A stretch of 63,886 nt of DNA, counting the filler, from an uncultured bacterium (GTDB taxonomy: Bacteria; DAOPZR01): the NCBI GenBank assembly GCA_964637655.1. It is 3 parts of 3 records of this genome, joined end to end, with 100 filler letters (N's around TTAATTAATTAA, not from the genome) between each part and the next. Parts side by side here need not be neighbours in the genome. Positions count along the whole stretch, not along the records: positions 50,629 to 63,886 come from CAZWUZ010000084.1; 2 more parts are not named here. One strand, given 5' to 3'. Positions 58,590-63,886 of this stretch are shown here, one piece after another. A program made the position numbers and the translations under genes. The notes beneath the pieces were generated by a model. The model searched no databases. It had not been told where the DNA came from and saw only the letters and a program-made list of their open reading frames with translations. How positions within the stretch are numbered: position 1 is the stretch's first letter; each line of letters starts with the position of its first letter.

Positions 58590-59158
58590 CGCGCCGCGCG
58601 CGCCCGCGTGATCACCTGCTGCAGTTCATCCAGCGCGCGCTCCACTTCGTCGTTGACCACCACCACGTCATACTCGCCGCGGCGGTCCATCTCCGCCTGT
58701 GCCGCGGCCAGGCGCACGGCGATGTCCTCGTCGCTGTTGGTGCCGCGCCCGCGCAGGCGCTGCTCGAGCACCTGCATCGACGGCGGCGCGATGAAGACAA
58801 ACAGCCCCTCCTCGCCCCGCTGCTTGAGCTGCAGCCCGCCCTGCACGTCGATGTCGAGCAGCACGTCGCGCCCGGCGGCGCGCATGCGCGCCACCTCGCT
58901 CTTGAGCGTGCCGTAGCAGTTCTTGTGCACCTGCGCCCACTCGAGGAAGTCCCCCGCGTCGACGCGCCGGCGGAACTCGTCATGGGTGATGAACAGGTAA
59001 TCCTTCCCGTCCACTTCCCCCTCGCGCGGCGACCGCGTGGTCGCCGACACGGAGAACCCGAGGTTCGCGTCGCGCGTCAGCAGTTCCTTCGCCAGCGTCG
59101 ATTTGCCCGCGCCCGAGGGGGCGCTGAGGATGATCAGCAGTCCGTTGCCGGTCGTCAT
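58586..59158 (-). CDS. gmk: Guanylate kinase
   Basis: APSGAGKST, SATTR.PREGE.DG.DY, YGT and DIDVQG motifs. Confidence 0.97.
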   Translation of the reverse strand: MTTGNGLLIILSAPSGAGKSTLAKELLTRDANLGFSVSATTRSPREGEVDGKDYLFITHDEFRRRVDAGDFLEWAQVHKNCYGTLKSEVARMRAAGRDVLLDIDVQGGLQLKQRGEEGLFVFIAPPSMQVLEQRLRGRGTNSDEDIAVRLAAAQAEMDRRGEYDVVVVNDEVERALDELQQVITRARAAR

Positions 59159-61332
59159 GCACGTGTCTCCTGTTCGCGGGAGCCCGGATCCTCCCAGCGG
59201 ATAATGACGGTATCACCGTCGCGCAGCGGCGTGTCGAACCCGACCACCCCGCCGTTCACCTGCAGCACCAGCCGCTTCGCCTTCAACTCCTCCGCGTTCG
59301 CCTGCGGGATGCGCGCCAGCAGGTCGGCCACCACGTACTGCTGCTGCGCCGGCGCGCGCGCCGCGAGTTTCGCCCCCGCGTTGACCTGCGTGTCGGGGGT
59401 CACCACCTTGCCGTCCATCAGCAGTTCCACTTCGCGCGGCGGCAGGGTCACTGTCTCCCCGTTGAGCGCCACCTTCAGCCCGGGGAGCGGGGCGAGCAGG
59501 TCGCCCAGCAGTTCCCTGACCTGCAGCGCCAGGGCGGGGAAGCGGCGGATGACCACCGTGGTGCCGCCCGGCACCAGTTGCGTCAGCGGCAGTTCCTGGC
59601 CGCCCTCGCTTTGCGCCAGCGCGCTGCGGTGCAGGCAGGTGCGCACGTTGTCCTGCACGCGGAACTCGACTTCGCGCTGGCGGAACTCGTCGGGCTGATA
59701 CCCGCAGTCGCGCAGCGCCGCCAGCAGGTCGCCGCTCGGCGCGATGGTCACCTCGTCGCCGCCGGCAATGACCCGGTCCGCCGCCGCGGCTTCCTTGTTG
59801 AGCTGCACCGGGAAGTACCAGCGCTGCCGCGCGCCCGTCGCCTGTTCCGCCAGGTCGAGCCAGGCACGCTCGCGCTCGCAGAGCTGCGCCACGGTGAGCA
59901 CCGCGTCACGCCCCGGTTCGCCCGGCACATACTGCAGTTCGACGCCGCTGCTGATCACCGCGTCAAAGGCCGCGGACTGCCCGTCGATGGTCAGCACCGG
60001 CGCGCGCGGCGGTTGTGCCGGCAGTTCCTGCCGGCTGCCGTTGAGGAAGAAGACCAGCGGCGTCCCCGTGGCCTGCATCTCCGCCGTCGGGGTCGCCAGC
60101 CCGCGCAGTGCCAGCGCTTCGAGCGCCGTCCCCGTCCCCGTCTGGCTCATCATCTGTACCGTCTCGCCGTTGACCGTCACCTCGATCAGCGTGAAGCCGC
60201 GCCCGGTGCCCGCCGCCAGGGCTATCCCCAGCGGCGTCATCCAGTGCGGCCCGAACAGCGTGCCGGTGCGGTCGTCCACTGTCTCCAGTTCGCGACAGTC
60301 GGGGATGATGACCCGCTCGGGTGACAGGGCGAAGGCCTGGGCCAGCGCCTCGCGCAGCCCCGGGGTGAAACTCCCGCCCCCGACGCAGAAGACCGCGCTC
60401 ACCGGGCGCGGGAAGATCGCCGCGCACTCGCGCGCGATGGCCGTCGCCAGTTCGTCGAGCCGCGGGCGGATGCGCGCCACCACCTCGGCCGTCGTTACCG
60501 TCCACGGCTTGCCGAACACGCTGGTGAACGACACCGTCTCCTCGAGCGCCAGCCGCCGCTTCGCCTGTTCCGCCGCGGCGAAATCGAGCAGGAACGCCTC
60601 GCTGATCTCCTCCGTCACCTCGTCGCCGGCCACCGGCAGCGAGGCGTAGCCGACCACCGTGCCGCCGCTGGTCACCGCCAGGTCTGACGTACCCGCGCCG
60701 ATGTCGAGCAGCAGCAGGTTGAGATGGCGGATGCGGTCGGTGAAGACCAGGTCGCCCGCCGCGATCGGTTCGAGCGTGATGAACCCCGGCTCGAGCCCGA
60801 GCTTGCGCAGCACGGCGATCTTGCTGTTGACGATCTCGCGCGGCAGGTAGGTCATCAGCACCCGCGCCGTCAGCCGCCGCGCGTAGTGCCCGCGCGGGTT
60901 GCGCACCGGCGTGTCGTTGAGCAGGAACCCCATCGGCACCGAGCCGACGCAGTACATGTTCAGTTCCAGCCCCTTGACGATGCCCGCGCGCACCGCCGCC
61001 GCCCCGACCGCCTCGACCTGCGGCGTGTCGATGTACTTCTCCCCGGGGAACTCCTCGGTCGCGGTCAGTTCGCGGCTGTGCAGCGAACGCCCGGCGAAGG
61101 CGATGGCGGCGCGCGTGAAGGTCTGCCCGGTCTTGCGCTCGAGCTCCTCCTTCACCTGCCGCGCGTACAGCGCCACCTCGTCGATATCCTGCACCTGCCC
61201 GTCGATCATCCCGCGCGAGGCATGCTCGAAGATGACGTAGTCCTCCACCGTCAGGACGTTGTCACGGCAGTGATAGGCGATCCCCACCACCTTGCGCGTG
61301 CCGATATCGAGCGCGAACGACGGTTCGGTCAT
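59155..61332 (-). CDS. FtsA-like actin-fold ATPase with long C-terminal extension of beta-grasp-like repeats
   Basis: ALDIGTRKV, LEPIAA, DIGAGTSD and VGGG motifs; tail repeats such as VNG..VGFDTPLRDGDTV. Confidence 0.8.
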   Translation of the reverse strand: MTEPSFALDIGTRKVVGIAYHCRDNVLTVEDYVIFEHASRGMIDGQVQDIDEVALYARQVKEELERKTGQTFTRAAIAFAGRSLHSRELTATEEFPGEKYIDTPQVEAVGAAAVRAGIVKGLELNMYCVGSVPMGFLLNDTPVRNPRGHYARRLTARVLMTYLPREIVNSKIAVLRKLGLEPGFITLEPIAAGDLVFTDRIRHLNLLLLDIGAGTSDLAVTSGGTVVGYASLPVAGDEVTEEISEAFLLDFAAAEQAKRRLALEETVSFTSVFGKPWTVTTAEVVARIRPRLDELATAIARECAAIFPRPVSAVFCVGGGSFTPGLREALAQAFALSPERVIIPDCRELETVDDRTGTLFGPHWMTPLGIALAAGTGRGFTLIEVTVNGETVQMMSQTGTGTALEALALRGLATPTAEMQATGTPLVFFLNGSRQELPAQPPRAPVLTIDGQSAAFDAVISSGVELQYVPGEPGRDAVLTVAQLCERERAWLDLAEQATGARQRWYFPVQLNKEAAAADRVIAGGDEVTIAPSGDLLAALRDCGYQPDEFRQREVEFRVQDNVRTCLHRSALAQSEGGQELPLTQLVPGGTTVVIRRFPALALQVRELLGDLLAPLPGLKVALNGETVTLPPREVELLMDGKVVTPDTQVNAGAKLAARAPAQQQYVVADLLARIPQANAEELKAKRLVLQVNGGVVGFDTPLRDGDTVIIRWEDPGSREQETRA

Positions 61333-61333
61333 G

Positions 61334-62299
61334 TCAGGCCCGGTAGTAGCTGATGACCGCGTCGACAATCTGCTCGACGGGAATCTGCGGGCGGAACCCG
61401 GTCAGCGCCTGCAATTTGCCGATATCGGGCACGCGGTGGCGCATGTCTTCGAACCCCGCCGCGTAGGCGCGCTCGTAGGGGATGACCTCGATGGCCGAAC
61501 GGCTCCCCGTCTTGGCGATGATCATCTCCGCCAGTGCGCGGATGCTGATGGCGCGGTCGTTGCCGATGTTGTAGATTTCCCCGTAGGCGCGCGGCTCGGC
61601 CATCAGCGCGGTGATGCCGTCGATGACGTCGCTCACCGCGGTGAAGCTCCGCGTCTGCCCCCCGTCGCCGTAGACCGTCAGCGGCTCGTTCTGCAGCGCC
61701 TGCCGCACCAGGCGCGGGATGACCATGCCGTAGCGGTCCGACTGCCGCGGTCCGCAGGTGTTGAAGAACCTGACGATGACCACGGGGAGCTTTTTCTCCC
61801 GCCAGTAGGCGAGCGCGAGGAATTCGTCGATCGCCTTCGAGCAGGAGTAGCTCCAGCGCGAGATGGTCGTCGGCCCGAGCAGGCGGTCGTCCTCCTCGCG
61901 GAACGGCACCTTCTCGTTCTTGCCGTAGATCTCCGAGGTCGAGGCGATGAGCACCGGCTGCTTGCCGCGGTTCGCCAGTTCGAGCACGTTCTCCGTCCCG
62001 CGCAGGTTGATCTGCAGCGAGCGCAGCGGGTTGTCGATGATGTACTTGACCCCGACCGCGGCGGCGAGGTGGTAGACCACCTGCACCTTGGCCATGAGCG
62101 ACTCGAGCACCTTGTCGTCGAGCACCGTGTCCACCGTCAGGTGAAAGCGCTCGTTCCCCTCGAGCTGGCGGACATTGTCGATGCTCCCCGTCGACAGGTC
62201 ATCGATGACCCAGACCTCGTCGCCGCGCGCCAGCAGCCGCTCGGCAAGATGCGAGCCGATGAACCCCGCCCCGCCCGTGATCAGTACCCGTTGTGCCAT
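61334..62299 (-). CDS. NAD-dependent epimerase/dehydratase
   Basis: TGGAGFIG, STSEIYG, YSCSK and RFFNTCGPR motifs. Confidence 0.92.
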   Translation of the reverse strand: MAQRVLITGGAGFIGSHLAERLLARGDEVWVIDDLSTGSIDNVRQLEGNERFHLTVDTVLDDKVLESLMAKVQVVYHLAAAVGVKYIIDNPLRSLQINLRGTENVLELANRGKQPVLIASTSEIYGKNEKVPFREEDDRLLGPTTISRWSYSCSKAIDEFLALAYWREKKLPVVIVRFFNTCGPRQSDRYGMVIPRLVRQALQNEPLTVYGDGGQTRSFTAVSDVIDGITALMAEPRAYGEIYNIGNDRAISIRALAEMIIAKTGSRSAIEVIPYERAYAAGFEDMRHRVPDIGKLQALTGFRPQIPVEQIVDAVISYYRA

Positions 62300-62300
62300 C

Positions 62301-63254
62301 TCATGCCTCCCGCGGCGTGGCCGGATCGTTCAGCCACGCCCATTCCGCCGCCAGCCCCTCGGCCAGGTTCACCCGCGGCGCGTAGCCGAGGTCGCGCTGC
62401 GCCAGGGACAAATCGGCCCAGGTGTCGCGCATGTCGCCGCGCGCCATCCCCTGCGCCGCCCGCCGCAGCTGCCGCCCGCTGAGGCGCTCCGCCAGCGCCA
62501 GCGCCTCGTTGAGCGTGACGCGACTGCCGCCGCCGAGGTTGTAGACCGCGCCGGGCGTCCCGCACTCCGCCGCGGCGATGATCCCCGCGACGATGTCGTC
62601 GATGTAAGTGAAATCGCGCGTCTGTCCCCCGTCGCCGAACAGCGGCACCTCCGTGCCGTCGCGCAGCGCGGTGAGAAAACGGTGGAACCCCATGTCAGGG
62701 CGCTGCCCCGGCCCGTAAACGGTGAAGAAGCGCAGCGATACCGTGTGCACCCCGAAACTGCGGTGGTAGAGCCGGCAGAGATGCTCACCCGCGAGTTTCG
62801 TCACCCCGTAGGGGGAGACCGGCCAGCAGGGCGCGTCCTCGCGCATCGGCAGCACCGGCGTATCACCGTAGACGGACGACGACGAGGCGTTGACCAGGCG
62901 CACGCCCGGCCGCTCCTTGAGCAGTTCCAGCAGCTGCTGCGTGGCGCGGATGTTCAGGTCGGTGTACACGTCGAACTGGCTGCCCCAGCTGGCCCGCACT
63001 CCCGCTTGCGCCGCGAGATGGAACACCGCGTCGACCCCGTCGAGATGCGCCGCGAGCGAACCGGTCAGCAGGTTTTCCTCATGCAGCGTGAATCCCGCCG
63101 TCCCGCGCAGCGGCGCCAGGTGCGCCTCCTTGTAGGCGCGCGGGTAGTAATCGGTGAAGCAGTCGATGCCGGTCACCTGCCAGCCGCGCCCGAGCAGCGC
63201 GCGCGCCAGGTGGCTGCCGATGAACCCGGCGACGCCGGTAACCAGCGCCTTCAC
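62301..63254 (-). CDS. NAD-dependent epimerase (UDP-glucuronate epimerase-like)
   Basis: TGVAGFIG, HLAAQAGVR, SSSSVYG, YGVTK and RPDM motifs. Confidence 0.92.
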   Translation of the reverse strand: MKALVTGVAGFIGSHLARALLGRGWQVTGIDCFTDYYPRAYKEAHLAPLRGTAGFTLHEENLLTGSLAAHLDGVDAVFHLAAQAGVRASWGSQFDVYTDLNIRATQQLLELLKERPGVRLVNASSSSVYGDTPVLPMREDAPCWPVSPYGVTKLAGEHLCRLYHRSFGVHTVSLRFFTVYGPGQRPDMGFHRFLTALRDGTEVPLFGDGGQTRDFTYIDDIVAGIIAAAECGTPGAVYNLGGGSRVTLNEALALAERLSGRQLRRAAQGMARGDMRDTWADLSLAQRDLGYAPRVNLAEGLAAEWAWLNDPATPREA

Positions 63255-63886
63255 AGTGTCCCCCGGAAGTAGGCCACGGTCTCCTCGAGGCCCGCCCGCA
63301 CGTCATGCGTCGGCGCATAACCGAGCACGCTGCGCGCCGCGCTGATGTCGCCCAGCGAGTGGCGCACGTCGCCGGCCCGCGCCGGTTCATACTCGACCGC
63401 AAGGGTGCGCCCGACAATCTCGCCGAGCATGCCGACCAGGTCGAGCAGCGTAACCTGCCGCCCGGCCGAAATGTTGAACACCCCGCCCGGCGCGGCGTCA
63501 GCCGTGCACGCCAGCAGGTTGGCCTGCACGACGTTGGCGATATAGGTGAAATCGCGGCTCTGCCCGCCGTCACCGTGCAGCGGGATGCTGCCGCCGCGCA
63601 GCGCCAGCAGCGAGAATTTCGCGATGGCCGCCGCGTACTGCGACTGCGGGTTCTGCCGCGGCCCGAACACGTTGAAGTAGCGCAGCAGCACCACGGGCAG
63701 CCCGTACAGGCGGTGGAACGACAGCGCGTACTCCTCCACCGCGTGCTTGCTCACCGCGTAGGGGGAGATGGGGCGCGGCACCATCGTCTCGCGCTTGGGC
63801 AGTTCCGGGTTCTCGCCGTACACCGACGACGACGAAGCCACCACCACGCGCCGCACCCCCGCCTCCTTCGCCGCCCAGAGCACGTT
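63251..63886 (-). CDS. NAD-dependent epimerase (WbpP-like), 5' end outside window
   Basis: SSSSVYG, PISPYAVSK and LRYFNVFGPRQNP motifs. Confidence 0.9.
   Translation of the reverse strand, partial: NVLWAAKEAGVRRVVVASSSSVYGENPELPKRETMVPRPISPYAVSKHAVEEYALSFHRLYGLPVVLLRYFNVFGPRQNPQSQYAAAIAKFSLLALRGGSIPLHGDGGQSRDFTYIANVVQANLLACTADAAPGGVFNISAGRQVTLLDLVGMLGEIVGRTLAVEYEPARAGDVRHSLGDISAARSVLGYAPTHDVRAGLEETVAYFRGTL

Overview
GC-rich bacterial DNA made of three separate contig pieces (1-25258, 25359-50528, 50629-63886) joined by artificial N/TTAATTAATTAA/N linkers, so synteny across the linkers means nothing. Piece 1 holds an AT-richer methyltransferase/nuclease pair, a D-aminoacylase and a long minus-strand run. 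That run couples a partner-switching module (three STAS proteins plus one RsbW-REC-GAF-PP2C fusion) to a full chemosensory cluster (cheA with two Hpt domains, cheC, cheY, two MCPs, cheW, cheR, cheD, cheB), with glycosyltransferases, an atypical class III cyclase and a stop-split O-antigen-ligase/TPR gene upstream. Piece 2 holds typA, ion transporters and a roughly 7 kb RiPP-rich accessory region, followed by a tRNA-Met with a 1.6 kb att-flanked islet and housekeeping genes (lolA, glyQS, recO, rpsT, ispH). The RiPP region has a SynChlorMet-like RRE plus two radical SAM/SPASM enzymes, a hidden five-CxxG precursor with an in-frame TAG that the ORF track misses, a third radical SAM/SPASM enzyme, two Nif11-leader precursors (one frameshifted) and a tandem-GNAT protein. 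Piece 3 holds glgE, glgA, mltG, ruvX, a RelE-type toxin-antitoxin pair, a MITE in the coaBC stop codon, gmk, an FtsA-like protein and three NDP-sugar epimerases. All family calls come from motifs read by eye; no database search was run.
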